From Candidatus Oxydemutatoraceae bacterium (GTDB lineage Bacteria > Pseudomonadota > Gammaproteobacteria > Poriferisulfidales > Oxydemutatoraceae): a stretch of 64,000 nt of DNA. The stretch covers positions 1,932,769 through 1,996,768 of the forward strand of contig OZ244779.1 of assembly GCA_965219575.1 (NCBI GenBank), read 5' to 3'. The notes beneath the pieces are model-generated. The model was not told the DNA's origin, made no database searches, and saw only the letters and a program-made list of their open reading frames with translations. This document shows, in pieces, positions 1 through 9,961 of the stretch. The position numbers and the translations under genes were made by a program. Numbering within the stretch: the first letter of the stretch is position 1; every line of letters begins with the position of its first letter.

Positions 1-64
1 CCAATATCACCTGACTATATACGACTTCTATGTTTTGTATCGATAGTAGTATTTTTCCTGCCAC
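1..64 (-). CDS. 5' part of a branched-chain amino acid type ABC transporter ATP-binding protein (LivF-like), running off the window
   Basis: GTG at 64 reads MAGKILLSIQNIEVVYSQVIL, matching the LivF-type N-terminus (LxxxNIEVxYxxVIL); directly downstream of a LivK-like gene. Confidence 0.7.
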   Translation of the reverse strand, partial: MAGKILLSIQNIEVVYSQVIL

Positions 65-85
65 GGCTTATCTTGATTCTTTATT

Positions 86-124
86 AAAAAAGAGGGCAGG
101 AAGATGTTTAATCTTCCCACCCTC
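86..124 (-). terminator. Intrinsic terminator/attenuator after the binding-protein gene
   Basis: Minus strand GAGGGTGGGAAGAT-TAAAC-ATCTTCCTGCCCTC followed by TTTTTT. Confidence 0.75.
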
Positions 125-151
125 ATTCACATATAATTGACTGTTTATGAA

Positions 152-1513
152 TTAAATATCGAAGTCATCTCTATCTTCCGGATTGTTGCAATCGCGTTGC
201 TTGAACTCAGGATTTTCTTCAACGTATTTTGCAGCGTTTTCATTCACGACTTGGCGAGAAAAATCGCTACTGCCGTCAATCCAGCCACTGATCAACTTCC
301 ACTCGCGTGCATCGGCATCCCATTGCTGGAAGCGTGCCAAGTGCACGGCTGCATGATCCATGCAGGTTACCTGTATAGGCGGTACGACATCCATCAGTCC
401 CATTTCGTTCAGATCGTCTTGGGTCAAACTAATGTTTTCAAAACCCCAACGCACTTGTGCGCTCGTGAGTTCTTTACCGAAACGCTTTTGCGCAACACGG
501 ATTGCCTCTGCAGACATAACCGCAGCCCAAAGGCCTAAGTTCCAGTAGACACTCCCGATGCGAGAGCGATCTTCCAGATCACCTTTGCCTTGGTTGTAAA
601 GACTTTCGATAATTTCTTGGGCTACCGGGAAATCGGTACCGGCACGATGCACCGTCACCGCTTGATAGCCGTCGGCAGTTTTACCGGCGGGAATTACGTC
701 TTCGTCCGAGTTGCTCCACTCGTTGCCGATTAGATTGGACACCGAGTAGCCGGTGCGAGCGGCAGTCTGCATAGCGACCGGATTCATAACACCCCAGCCT
801 CTTAAAAAGACATAAGCGGGCTTGAGTCTACGAATTTTCAGCCATTGAGAACCTTGCTCGTTACCGGGGTGGGGAACTTCTATAGGCTCGTGTGTGAAAC
901 CGTATTGCTCACCTAATCCGGTCAAGAACTCATTGGCTTCACGACCGTAAGGCGAACCGTGATACAAAGTCACGATAGTCTCACCTTTGAGCTTATCCAT
1001 GCCTCCCATTTGCTGCCCCATGTGCTTGATCGTTGCGAAGGCAAAGTCATAAGCATTGGTGCCCAAGGGAAATTGATAAGGGAAAACATCGCCGCGTTCG
1101 GTTTCCGTTCTACCGTGGTTTACACTGATAATGGAAATTTTATCACGACGCCCTTGCTCGATTAGGCCGGATGAAATACCTACACTCAGAGGGTCAAAAT
1201 AAAGTGCTTCACCTAATTCGCTTTTCTTTTGGCGGTGATAGCATTCTATACCTTTAGTTCTGTTGTATTCCGTCTCGCATTCGTCCCAGACTACTTGGAC
1301 GCCACCGATACCACCATCGCGCTCGTTCAAGAGCGTGTAGTAGTCGATAATGCCTCCAAAGTACCCGGTACCACCTGCGGCATAAGGACCAGTTCGGTAG
1401 ACAGGCATAGGAACATAATACTGCGCATCAGCTCCATGATTGTCTGCAGCTGCCGGGAGCGAACCCAGCAACATAGCTACCATTGTGGTCATAAGTACAA
1501 ATAATTTTTTCAT
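152..1513 (-). CDS. ABC transporter substrate-binding protein (LivK/PBP1 ligand-binding family)
   Basis: Signal peptide MKKLFVL...AAA; motifs YRTGPYA, ECETEY, HPGNEQ.SQWL.IRR, LRGWGVMN; GGAGG RBS before ATG 1513. Confidence 0.9.
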   Translation of the reverse strand: MKKLFVLMTTMVAMLLGSLPAAADNHGADAQYYVPMPVYRTGPYAAGGTGYFGGIIDYYTLLNERDGGIGGVQVVWDECETEYNRTKGIECYHRQKKSELGEALYFDPLSVGISSGLIEQGRRDKISIISVNHGRTETERGDVFPYQFPLGTNAYDFAFATIKHMGQQMGGMDKLKGETIVTLYHGSPYGREANEFLTGLGEQYGFTHEPIEVPHPGNEQGSQWLKIRRLKPAYVFLRGWGVMNPVAMQTAARTGYSVSNLIGNEWSNSDEDVIPAGKTADGYQAVTVHRAGTDFPVAQEIIESLYNQGKGDLEDRSRIGSVYWNLGLWAAVMSAEAIRVAQKRFGKELTSAQVRWGFENISLTQDDLNEMGLMDVVPPIQVTCMDHAAVHLARFQQWDADAREWKLISGWIDGSSDFSRQVVNENAAKYVEENPEFKQRDCNNPEDRDDFDI

Positions 1514-2047
1514 TATTTCCTCCATAATTACTTTTAATCAAAAGTCGCTGCATCCTTGCAACTTCCTTCCTGAAATTTTAGCTAGTTACTAATAACTAAT
1601 TAACCAGCCTCCTTTAAGTGCTCATCCATAAGAAACTGCATAAAGAAGTCTGTCTAAACAGAGTAGCCTAACATATATTCAAACATACTGCAATAATCGG
1701 GGAAAACCCTTAAATTCTACGGCTTATTCATCCCAACCGAGGTATAACATATTTGATTTTAATGGCTTTATACAACTTTCCGAACGGCTACCGTTCTACC
1801 CCTATACTCGGTTAATAAATTGATTTATTTTTAATCCGTATCGGTACGATAAAATCCATCGCTGTTCGCGTTTATAGAATTTCGGCTCTTTCGAAGATTT
1901 TATAAAAACACTCGGTGAATTTCTTATGTGAAATTTCATTTTATTGTAATATATACGCTTGAATACTTCCTAAGATTAAAAATATCGTCCCCACATGTCA
2001 GCAAATTTGTTACAGCATACATACAATCAGAAAATCAAAACCCACTC

Positions 2048-3166
2048 ATGCTGAATACGCTGCTCAAAAAAAAGTATCAGGTACTTCTAGAAAAAGCGGA
2101 TATAAAAATTAACGGTACCCGACCTTGGGATATACAGGTGCACAATGAAAATTTATACAAAAGAGTATCGCTACAAGGTTCGCTGGGTTTAGGCGAAGCC
2201 TATATGGACGGTTGGTGGGAATGTGAGCGCATAGAGGAGCTGGTGATGCGAGTCCTCCGGCATAAGATCTACGGTTCTATGAAATCCTTCTCGTATTTAT
2301 ACGATTTTTTTCTAAGTGTATGCCTCAATTTGCAAAAGATTAAGCGCGCTTTTAGGGTCGGAGAACTACACTACGACTTGAGTTACGAATTATTCGAGGC
2401 GATGCTCGATAAGCGTATGATTTATAGTTGCGGCTACTGGAAAACGGCAAACAACCTCGACGATGCACAAGAAGCGAAACTCAAGCTGATTTTCGATAAA
2501 TTATTATTGAAACCCGGTATGCGTTTGCTCGATATAGGCTGTGGGTGGGGTGGTGCCGCTCGCTACGCCGCCGAACATTACGATGTGTCGGTGACCGGCA
2601 TTACAATTTCTAAAGAGCAAGCGCGTTACGCACGGAATAACTGTCGCGGACTACCCATAGAAATACATTTGCAAGATTATAGAAAATTGAATACACAATA
2701 CGATCGTGTTTATTCAATAGGAATGTTCGAACATGTAGGCCGTAAAAATCACAAGACCTATCTTCAAGCCGTACGCAATGCTTTAACATCGGAGGGTCTG
2801 TCGGTGCTTCATACTATCGGCAACAATACGACAAATTATATTACCGATCCTTGGATCTCCAGATATATATTCCCCAACTCTCTGATCCCTTCGGCGAAAC
2901 AAATCACGACTGCCTGCGAAGATCGCTTCGTGATAGAAGACTGGCAAAATTTCGGGCTCGATTATGCCGAGACATTACTCGCATGGTTCGGTAATTTCAA
3001 TGCACACTGGGAAAAAATCAAGCAAAGTTACGATGAACGTTTTTACAGAATGTGGAAGTATTACTTGCTAAGTTGCGCCGGTGCCTTCTTGGCGAGAGAC
3101 TGCAATACTTGGCAAATCGTCTTATCTCCGAACGGTACTCGGCAGTGCTATCACGCACCCAGATAA
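2048..3166 (+). CDS. cfa: Cyclopropane-fatty-acyl-phospholipid synthase
   Basis: GSLGLGEAYMDGWW, MIYSCGYW, LDIGCGWGG SAM motif, SIGMFEHVG, FYRMWKYYL; start taken at ATG 2048. Confidence 0.95.
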   Translation: MLNTLLKKKYQVLLEKADIKINGTRPWDIQVHNENLYKRVSLQGSLGLGEAYMDGWWECERIEELVMRVLRHKIYGSMKSFSYLYDFFLSVCLNLQKIKRAFRVGELHYDLSYELFEAMLDKRMIYSCGYWKTANNLDDAQEAKLKLIFDKLLLKPGMRLLDIGCGWGGAARYAAEHYDVSVTGITISKEQARYARNNCRGLPIEIHLQDYRKLNTQYDRVYSIGMFEHVGRKNHKTYLQAVRNALTSEGLSVLHTIGNNTTNYITDPWISRYIFPNSLIPSAKQITTACEDRFVIEDWQNFGLDYAETLLAWFGNFNAHWEKIKQSYDERFYRMWKYYLLSCAGAFLARDCNTWQIVLSPNGTRQCYHAPR

Positions 3167-3170
3167 CGCG

Positions 3171-3202
3171 AAAAAACCGAGGCAATGCGTACATCGCCTC
3201 GG
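3171..3202 (-). terminator. Intrinsic terminator of comEA (between convergent cfa and comEA)
   Basis: Minus strand CCGAGGCGATG-TACG-CATTGCCTCGG then TTTTTT. Confidence 0.75.
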
Positions 3203-3233
3203 AATCCACTAAGAGGTACGGTATATAAATCCC

Positions 3234-3587
3234 TTAGTTCGCTTTATCTACCTTAGAGGAAGTCGCTTTCGGGATAAGCGTTTTCTCCGCAGGCATCATA
3301 TGCTCGGTCGGTAAAACTTTGTCCTCCCGATCGGTCCCTACGGTTAGCATGTCTCTGTTTGCTTCTAAAATTGCCAACCCGATACCGTTCACCTTCAACA
3401 GCGCGTCGACACTTTCAAAATGACCGTGCTTGTTTCTGTATTCAACGATCGCAGCCGCTTTGACCGAACCGATATTATCCAGTTCGGTAAACTGTTGCAC
3501 CGTTGCAGTGTTGATATTGACTTCGGCATGAACAAGAGCGGTAAAGCAAAAAACCGCCGTTGCCATAATGGTTTTAAGTATATACAT
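3234..3587 (-). CDS. comEA: ComEA-family helix-hairpin-helix DNA-binding protein
   Basis: Signal peptide; VNINTAT...IGSVKAAAIVEYR.KHG.F.SVD.LLKVNGIG. Confidence 0.9.
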   Translation of the reverse strand: MYILKTIMATAVFCFTALVHAEVNINTATVQQFTELDNIGSVKAAAIVEYRNKHGHFESVDALLKVNGIGLAILEANRDMLTVGTDREDKVLPTEHMMPAEKTLIPKATSSKVDKAN

Positions 3588-3657
3588 AGTTTTTCTCCTT
3601 TAAGTTAATGAAAAGGACTATCTTAAAACCCTATACAATGACGATTTTCGGAAATCC

Positions 3658-3688
3658 GTCGAACGGTAGCAAATATCCGACGAACGGT
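3658..3688 (-). promoter_or_regulatory. Tandem LytTR (AlgR-type) binding boxes upstream of comEA
   Basis: Minus strand ACCGTTCGTC (3688-3679) and ACCGTTCGAC (3667-3658), 21-bp period. Confidence 0.6.
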
Positions 3689-3704
3689 CATAGACCGTGT
3701 ATGT

Positions 3705-3726
3705 GGGTGGACTAGCATGCCCATCC
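3705..3726. repeat. Degenerate REP-like palindrome
   Basis: GGGTGGACTAGCATGCCCATCC resembles GGGCGGACTAGCATGTCCGCCC at about 52728-52749. Confidence 0.45.
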
Positions 3727-3755
3727 CGGGTGATTTAAGAATACTTTTTCGGTGA

Positions 3756-4961
3756 TTATGCGCTCTGCGCAGTATTTTCCTGCGTATCTTTTACCAAATC
3801 TATAGAATCACTGCTGTCCCATGTATGGCAACTAGGGCATTGCCAATAGAGTTGATGTGCCCTGAAACCGCATTTTCCACACATATAAAAATAATCCGAA
3901 CTCAGGCTCGCATTGATCTCGTCGATAATCTGACGAATCATTTTATCTTCGAATAATTCGGTGCCTTTGAGTTTTTCCTCCATAAAAATCTTCAGCACTT
4001 GCAACGGTGCCCGTTTGGTCTTGATCAAATAGAACAAGAACGCCTCGGCTTCGTCTATATGCTCCGCTTCGAACAGTGCTTGTATGTAATTCACTATATA
4101 CAAGACGGTCATATCCTTAATATCCAAGTTTTTTACATAGCGTGCATATTCGCTCGGATTATACGGTGAAAAACATTTTTTAATTTTAGGCAACAAGATA
4201 TCCGCATAACCCGGGTAATCCAAAAAGGCCCGAGAATAGCACCCGAGTGCTTTTTCTCTATCCTGCTTGCTCAGTGCCAGATCTCCTTGAATAATCTTTA
4301 CTCTGATAGACGATTGCTTGAAAGCTTGTGCTTTGGCTAAGTATTTTTGAGCCTTGCCGTAATTTTGTTCGGATAATTCTTTTTCGGCAAGTTCGCAATA
4401 GTAATGAACGATATGTCTGCTGTAGTCCGAACCTAAAGTCCGCAATCGTCGGGCGCATGTAATCGCTTGATGCCAAGATTTCTCGGTCTCGTAGATCGTA
4501 ACCAAACATCGATAGCCTCTGCGGAGCGTTTCCGGTGTGCCGATCTTAATCAATCGCTTAAAGACATCTTCGGCATTACTCAACAAACCGGCGTGCAGAT
4601 AATCCTGCCCCAATTCATACAGGGCTTCGGACTTGGCGGCATCGCTCAAACGGGAGCGTTGTATCAGATTGCTATGTATACGAATTGCTTTTTCCAGTTC
4701 ACCTTTGCGACGAAATAAATTTCCCAATAAAACATGCGTTTCCAAAGTCGTCATATCGACTCGGAAAAATCTGATGAAAATTTCTACGGCTTTATCGGTT
4801 TGTTGGTCGAGCAGATAATTTAAGCCTTTGATGTATTCGGGTGCGATATCTCGCTTGGAGTCATTGCGCTGGCTACAGGCTTGCCATCCGCTCAGTGCCG
4901 CAACCGGTAATAGTGCAATCGGCACTAAAACCCAGTACCAATCAAATACCAAATCTCCCAC
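3756..4961 (-). CDS. lapB: LPS assembly protein B (TPR repeats plus rubredoxin-like domain)
   Basis: N-terminal TM, YIKGLNYLL.QQ.DKAV, LGNLFRRKGE.EKAIRIH, C-terminal CGKCGF...WQCPSC. Confidence 0.95.
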   Translation of the reverse strand: MGDLVFDWYWVLVPIALLPVAALSGWQACSQRNDSKRDIAPEYIKGLNYLLDQQTDKAVEIFIRFFRVDMTTLETHVLLGNLFRRKGELEKAIRIHSNLIQRSRLSDAAKSEALYELGQDYLHAGLLSNAEDVFKRLIKIGTPETLRRGYRCLVTIYETEKSWHQAITCARRLRTLGSDYSRHIVHYYCELAEKELSEQNYGKAQKYLAKAQAFKQSSIRVKIIQGDLALSKQDREKALGCYSRAFLDYPGYADILLPKIKKCFSPYNPSEYARYVKNLDIKDMTVLYIVNYIQALFEAEHIDEAEAFLFYLIKTKRAPLQVLKIFMEEKLKGTELFEDKMIRQIIDEINASLSSDYFYMCGKCGFRAHQLYWQCPSCHTWDSSDSIDLVKDTQENTAQSA

Positions 4962-5016
4962 TACACATCAACCGTTTCTGACAACTACCGAAACCGGCAA
5001 TCGCTTTAGCCGTGTG

Positions 5017-5361
5017 TCAATCGTTATCGGAGTCATAAGCACTCGCTACGGCATCGCCACGACCGGCTTTGTTCAGGCGTCGGTTGACTAGGTTGCTGGG
5101 TTTGAAGTGAGGAATGTTTCGCCCGGAAACATTAATGATTTCTTTGGTTTTCGGATTACGCATGGTTTTAGACCTCTTGAAATGTAAAGTAAAAGAACCG
5201 AAGCCGCGAATCTCTATACGCTCCCCCAAACTAAGAACCTGACTCAGGTAATCAAAAGAACTCTGAACCGCGAGCTTAACATCTTCGTTCTGCAACCGAT
5301 CTTGTTTGTCCGCTATTCGCTCTATCAGGTGCGAGCGGCTAATCGCTGATTCGGAGTCCAT
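5017..5361 (-). CDS. ihfB: Integration host factor beta subunit
   Basis: GERIEIRGFGSF, RNPKT, PHFKP; follows rpsA. Confidence 0.9.
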   Translation of the reverse strand: MDSESAISRSHLIERIADKQDRLQNEDVKLAVQSSFDYLSQVLSLGERIEIRGFGSFTLHFKRSKTMRNPKTKEIINVSGRNIPHFKPSNLVNRRLNKAGRGDAVASAYDSDND

Positions 5362-5378
5362 CGGATTTTTTTGATACC

Positions 5379-7070
5379 TCAGTTTCTGCTCGAAAACAAT
5401 CCTTTAATAACATCCCCCAGCGAAGTCTTGGCAGGCTTCTTGGAAGTATATCCTTTGGTTATTTCTATTTGCTCGTCTTTCTCTTTTCTCTTTACCGACA
5501 AATTGATTCTAAAGTTTCTTCTATCGATACCGATGATTTTAGCTTCTATTTCTTCTCCTTTTTCTATTTCTTCTCTTTTTTCTGCGGAGGAATCCTCGGT
5601 GTTTTTGTCGTTCACCAATTCGGACTGCGGTATATAACCTCTGACATGTTCGGCTAAATCGATCATCACATACTTGTCCCCGGCACTTATCACTTTGCCT
5701 TTGACAACCGAACCTTTGGGATGTGCATTTAGATAATCACCCATAGGATCTTCTTCGAGCTGCCTAATGCTCAAAGAAACTCTGCTGCGCTTGACATCGA
5801 CATTCAGCAACGAAAACTTAACCGTGTCGCCTTTTTTGTATTTGCGTATCGCCTGTTCGGGATGTTCGGTATTGGAAATATCGTTAATATGAACCAAGCC
5901 GTCTATACCGAAATCTCCCAAGCCGACAAAAATACCGAAATCATTGATAGACTTAATCTCGCCTTCCATTTGAGTTCCCGGCGAATGTGTCTTGGCAAAC
6001 TCTTTCCACGGATTCGGCGCGCACTGCTTGATACCCAGCGATATTCTACGTTTCTCTTTGTCGATATCGAGTACCATAACATCTATTTCTTCGTTTTCGG
6101 ACACGACTTTAGACGGGTTTATGTTTTTATTTATCCAGTCCATCTCGGAGACATGTACTAAACCTTCGACATTGTCTTCTATTTCTACGAAACAACCGTA
6201 GTCGGTGATACTGGTGACCTTACCTTTTATACGCGCACCTTTAGGATAGCGTTCGATTAACTTGTCCCACGGGTCTTCACTCAGTTGCTTGAGTCCTAAA
6301 GAAATACGATTCTTCTCCTTGTCTACTTTAAGTATTTTGACATCTATTTCATCACCTACGGATAATACTTCGGAAGGTCGATGTATACGTTTCCATGCCA
6401 TATCGGTAATATGGAGTAAGCCGTCAAAGCCGTTGAAGCCGACGAAAGCACCGTAGTCGGTGATGTTTTTCACTATGCCTTTTACAACCGTTCCGCTTTC
6501 CAGATTTTTAAGCATTGCTTCCCGGTCGATGTTCCCTTCCGCTTCTAATACCGCACGTCTCGAAACGACGACATTATTACGACCTTGATCGAGTTTAATG
6601 ACCTTAAAGTCTAAGATTTTGCCTTCGAGATGATCGAGGTCGCGTACCGGCTGTACATCGGCGAGAGAACCCGGCAAAAAAGCCTCTACACTTAAAACGG
6701 AAACTATAAATCCTCCTTTGACTCTACCTTTCAAGACTCCTTGAACCGTCTTGCCGGCCTCGTGCATCGCTTCTAATCGCTGCCACGCTTCGATGATCTT
6801 CGCCTGTTCACGGGATAACACCGTTTCGCCGAAACCGTCCTCTAAACTTTCCACGGCAACTTCCACCGTATCTCCTTCGTCGACTTCCAGTTCGCCGTTG
6901 ATATTGTAAAATTCCTCTATCGGTATGATACCTTCGGATTTTAATCCTGCGTTGACAATGACACTGGTTTTAGTAATACCGGTTACTTTCCCTTTAATCA
7001 GAGAACCTATATCTACCTTCTGATTTTGCATTTTCTGCGAATCAAAAATATCGGAAAAATTTTCCATCAA
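5379..7070 (-). CDS. rpsA: 30S ribosomal protein S1
   Basis: Six S1 domains (DYGAFV, DGLLHITDMAW, EGLVHVSEMDW). Confidence 0.98.
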   Translation of the reverse strand: MMENFSDIFDSQKMQNQKVDIGSLIKGKVTGITKTSVIVNAGLKSEGIIPIEEFYNINGELEVDEGDTVEVAVESLEDGFGETVLSREQAKIIEAWQRLEAMHEAGKTVQGVLKGRVKGGFIVSVLSVEAFLPGSLADVQPVRDLDHLEGKILDFKVIKLDQGRNNVVVSRRAVLEAEGNIDREAMLKNLESGTVVKGIVKNITDYGAFVGFNGFDGLLHITDMAWKRIHRPSEVLSVGDEIDVKILKVDKEKNRISLGLKQLSEDPWDKLIERYPKGARIKGKVTSITDYGCFVEIEDNVEGLVHVSEMDWINKNINPSKVVSENEEIDVMVLDIDKEKRRISLGIKQCAPNPWKEFAKTHSPGTQMEGEIKSINDFGIFVGLGDFGIDGLVHINDISNTEHPEQAIRKYKKGDTVKFSLLNVDVKRSRVSLSIRQLEEDPMGDYLNAHPKGSVVKGKVISAGDKYVMIDLAEHVRGYIPQSELVNDKNTEDSSAEKREEIEKGEEIEAKIIGIDRRNFRINLSVKRKEKDEQIEITKGYTSKKPAKTSLGDVIKGLFSSRN

Positions 7071-7085
7071 ATTATTTTGCCTCTT

Positions 7086-7760
7086 TCAGTTTAATTTAAC
7101 TTTTACTACATTCATAAGTTCGTCCACAACCTCGGCTATAGACAATCGCGTTGTATCGAGTAAAACTGCATTATCGGCGATTTTCAATTGGGCAATAGGC
7201 CGTTCGCTATCGCGTTGATCCCTCTGTAGTAATTCTTTATTTAGCCTATCTAGTTTAGCATAAATGCCTTGTTGTCTCAATTGCAGATGTCTTCTACGGG
7301 CGCGTTCTGCTATATCCGCCTGCAAGAATATCTTCAACGGTGCGTCGGGAAAAACCACCGTTCCCATATCGCGTCCGTCCGCCACCAACCCGGGCAAAGC
7401 CCTAAACCGCCTTTGCATCGGCAATAAAGCATTGCGCAAAGCAACGCTTTCTCCGGCCACCGAGGCGACTTCGGCATAGTCTTCGCCGTAAATATCGTCT
7501 TCCACGAGGATACCGTTCAAGTAGGTCTTAATCTGCCCACCGTCTAGGATAAATCTTATATCGGTATCGGCAACCAAAGTTTCTATTTCCGGGATATTAT
7601 CTAATGCAATATTGCGTTTATGTAGCTGCATCCCCAGTACACGATACAAAGCACCGCTGATCAAAATGTGATAACTCAGCCTTGTCGCCAGACGGCGCGC
7701 AATCGTGCTTTTGCCGACACCGGCAGGACCGTCTATTGCAATGACCGGTATCTCCGACAT
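7086..7760 (-). CDS. cmk: Cytidylate kinase
   Basis: IAIDGPAGVGKST, DGRDMGTVVFPDA. Confidence 0.97.
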   Translation of the reverse strand: MSEIPVIAIDGPAGVGKSTIARRLATRLSYHILISGALYRVLGMQLHKRNIALDNIPEIETLVADTDIRFILDGGQIKTYLNGILVEDDIYGEDYAEVASVAGESVALRNALLPMQRRFRALPGLVADGRDMGTVVFPDAPLKIFLQADIAERARRRHLQLRQQGIYAKLDRLNKELLQRDQRDSERPIAQLKIADNAVLLDTTRLSIAEVVDELMNVVKVKLN

Positions 7761-7761
7761 C

Positions 7762-9057
7762 TTATACCGATAGATCGAGACCTACGCTATTCGCCACTGC
7801 GACAAAATCGGGAAACGAAGTTTCAATATTCAGACAACGTTGTACGGAAATCATATCGTCGGCAACGGCACCGGCCACGGCGAACGCCATTGCCACGCGA
7901 TGATCTTCGAAACTCTCCACGATACCACCTTTTAAGCGACCACCTTTTATGGTCATCCCGTCACGATGCACTTCAACCCTAATCCCACAACTGCGCAACC
8001 CTTTCGCCATCGCTTCGATACGGTCGCTCTCTTTGACTCTAAGCTCTTCGGCACCACGCAAATGCGTGTGTCCCTCGGCACACGCTGCAGCGATAAACAA
8101 AGCCGGAAATTCATCTATAGACGACGGTACCCAATGTTTCGGGATATCGATACCTTTCAATTTTGCGAAACGCACACGCAGATCGCCGACCGGTTCGTTG
8201 CATACGATTTGCCGATCGAGTATCTCTATATCGGCACCCATACGGCGAAGAATTCGCATCGCACCGCTGCGCGTATCGTTTAAGCCCACTTTTTCTATGA
8301 TAATATCACTATTCGGGACTATAGTAGCCGCGACCATCAGAAATGTAGCCGACGAAATATCACCCGGCACATCGATGCGCGTTGCTTCGAGGCGACTGCC
8401 TCCCGGCAAGCGTACCATGCACCCTCGCCGCTCGACCCGACAACCGAAGTTGCTCAGCATTCGCTCGCTGTGATCACGGCTCGGTGTCGGTTCGACGACA
8501 ACGGTCTCTCCTTGTGCATCCAACCCGGCGAGTAACAATGCCGATTTGACTTGTGCACTCGCAATCTTCAGTTCGGTATGCACACCGTGCAGATGTTCGA
8601 CGGGTTTGATAATCAGCGGCGGCGTGCCGTGTTCCGAAGTATCGATAGCCGCGCCCATCTTTAGTAAGGGATCGACGACGCGGCGCATCGGACGACGATT
8701 TAACGAAGCATCGCCGCTTAAGGTTACCGAAATTTTCTTTGCTGCCAACAATCCGGTGAGCAGGCGTATAGAAGTTCCCGAATTGCCCAAATCTATAACT
8801 CGGTCGGCGGGGCATAACCCCTCTCGGCAACCGTACACCCGTATTAAGTCATCGGCGGACTCTATGCGTACCCCCAGTCGGCTCAAGGCTTGCATCGTCG
8901 CAAGGCAATCACGACTATGCAAAAAATTGGATACCTCGCTGACACCGTCGGCAAGCGTAGCAAACATTAATGCGCGGTGCGATATGGATTTATCGCCGCC
9001 AACCCGAACGATGCCGTTCAAAGATTCTACGGGGCTGGAATAAAGGGTGTCCGGCAT
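7762..9057 (-). CDS. aroA: EPSP synthase
   Basis: GDKSISHR, GNSGT, SAQVKS, ELRVKESDRI, DHRVAM; start at ATG 9057 or TTG 9084. Confidence 0.97.
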   Translation of the reverse strand: MPDTLYSSPVESLNGIVRVGGDKSISHRALMFATLADGVSEVSNFLHSRDCLATMQALSRLGVRIESADDLIRVYGCREGLCPADRVIDLGNSGTSIRLLTGLLAAKKISVTLSGDASLNRRPMRRVVDPLLKMGAAIDTSEHGTPPLIIKPVEHLHGVHTELKIASAQVKSALLLAGLDAQGETVVVEPTPSRDHSERMLSNFGCRVERRGCMVRLPGGSRLEATRIDVPGDISSATFLMVAATIVPNSDIIIEKVGLNDTRSGAMRILRRMGADIEILDRQIVCNEPVGDLRVRFAKLKGIDIPKHWVPSSIDEFPALFIAAACAEGHTHLRGAEELRVKESDRIEAMAKGLRSCGIRVEVHRDGMTIKGGRLKGGIVESFEDHRVAMAFAVAGAVADDMISVQRCLNIETSFPDFVAVANSVGLDLSV

Positions 9058-9094
9058 AGTCACATATTTAATAGCACGATGCAAAGACTTGGGG

Positions 9095-9961
9095 TTAATC
9101 TTTGAGATTCAAATTTTTCTTTTCGTCTACCGTTTTTTCGAGTAATCGAAGCAACCGGTCGCCTTGTTTGTTTTCGATCAGCTTGCGTATCGAAGACATG
9201 CTTTTCTCGAAGGCTTTTATGGCTCGGAGCACGTGGTCTTCGTTGGCAATAAATATATCTCGCCACATCGTCGGATCGCTGACTGCGATGCGCGTGAAAT
9301 CTTTCAAACCACCGGCGGAAAAACCGGTTTTTACACCGGCTTGCTCGAGCGAATTTATTAATGCATAAGCGACGATATGCGGCAAGTGGCTCGTTGCCGC
9401 AAATAATTCGTCGTGCAGTTTTGCCGATAATACTTCGATTTTAGCTCCGGCTTTACACCATAATGCACGCACCGTATTCATTGCGACTTCGTCGGCATGT
9501 GGTTCGGGCGTTAAAAAAACATAACGCGAAACAAACAAATCCTCCGACGCCGTCGCCGGTCCGCTGTTCTCGGTTCCGGCAATCGGATGCGCCGGCACCA
9601 TGCGGGTGGGAACATTACCCCAAACCGAACACGCATCGGCGATGACACTGCGCTTGACACTGCCTACATCGGTAATGACGATGCGCTCGGCTGCTTCTTT
9701 GATTTGTTCAAAAATACTACAAATCGCACCCACGGGCGTTGCGACAACCAGAATATCGCAGTGTTCTGCAAGTGCGAGCGGGTGTTCCTCGATGCCGTCG
9801 AATGCGCCTCTCTCGGCTGCTTGCCGCGCATGTATCTCGTCGGTATCGCAGCCTAAGATACTTTGCTCGGGGTCACGATTTTTTAGAGCCAACGCCAACG
9901 AAGTGCCGATTAAACCGGTACCGACGATACCGACGACGAAACGCTCTATATCTTCCATCAC
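9095..9961 (-). CDS. tyrA: Prephenate/arogenate dehydrogenase
   Basis: GTGLIG Rossmann motif, TDVGSVK, HPIAGTE, SHLPH, DFTRIA. Confidence 0.95.
   Translation of the reverse strand: MMEDIERFVVGIVGTGLIGTSLALALKNRDPEQSILGCDTDEIHARQAAERGAFDGIEEHPLALAEHCDILVVATPVGAICSIFEQIKEAAERIVITDVGSVKRSVIADACSVWGNVPTRMVPAHPIAGTENSGPATASEDLFVSRYVFLTPEPHADEVAMNTVRALWCKAGAKIEVLSAKLHDELFAATSHLPHIVAYALINSLEQAGVKTGFSAGGLKDFTRIAVSDPTMWRDIFIANEDHVLRAIKAFEKSMSSIRKLIENKQGDRLLRLLEKTVDEKKNLNLKD

Noticed and set aside
1699-1710. GGGGAAAACCCT motif (and GAACGG-CTA-CCGTTC near 1782-1796) between the ABC binding-protein gene and cfa
   Set aside because: Short, single occurrences; possible operators but not supportable from this window
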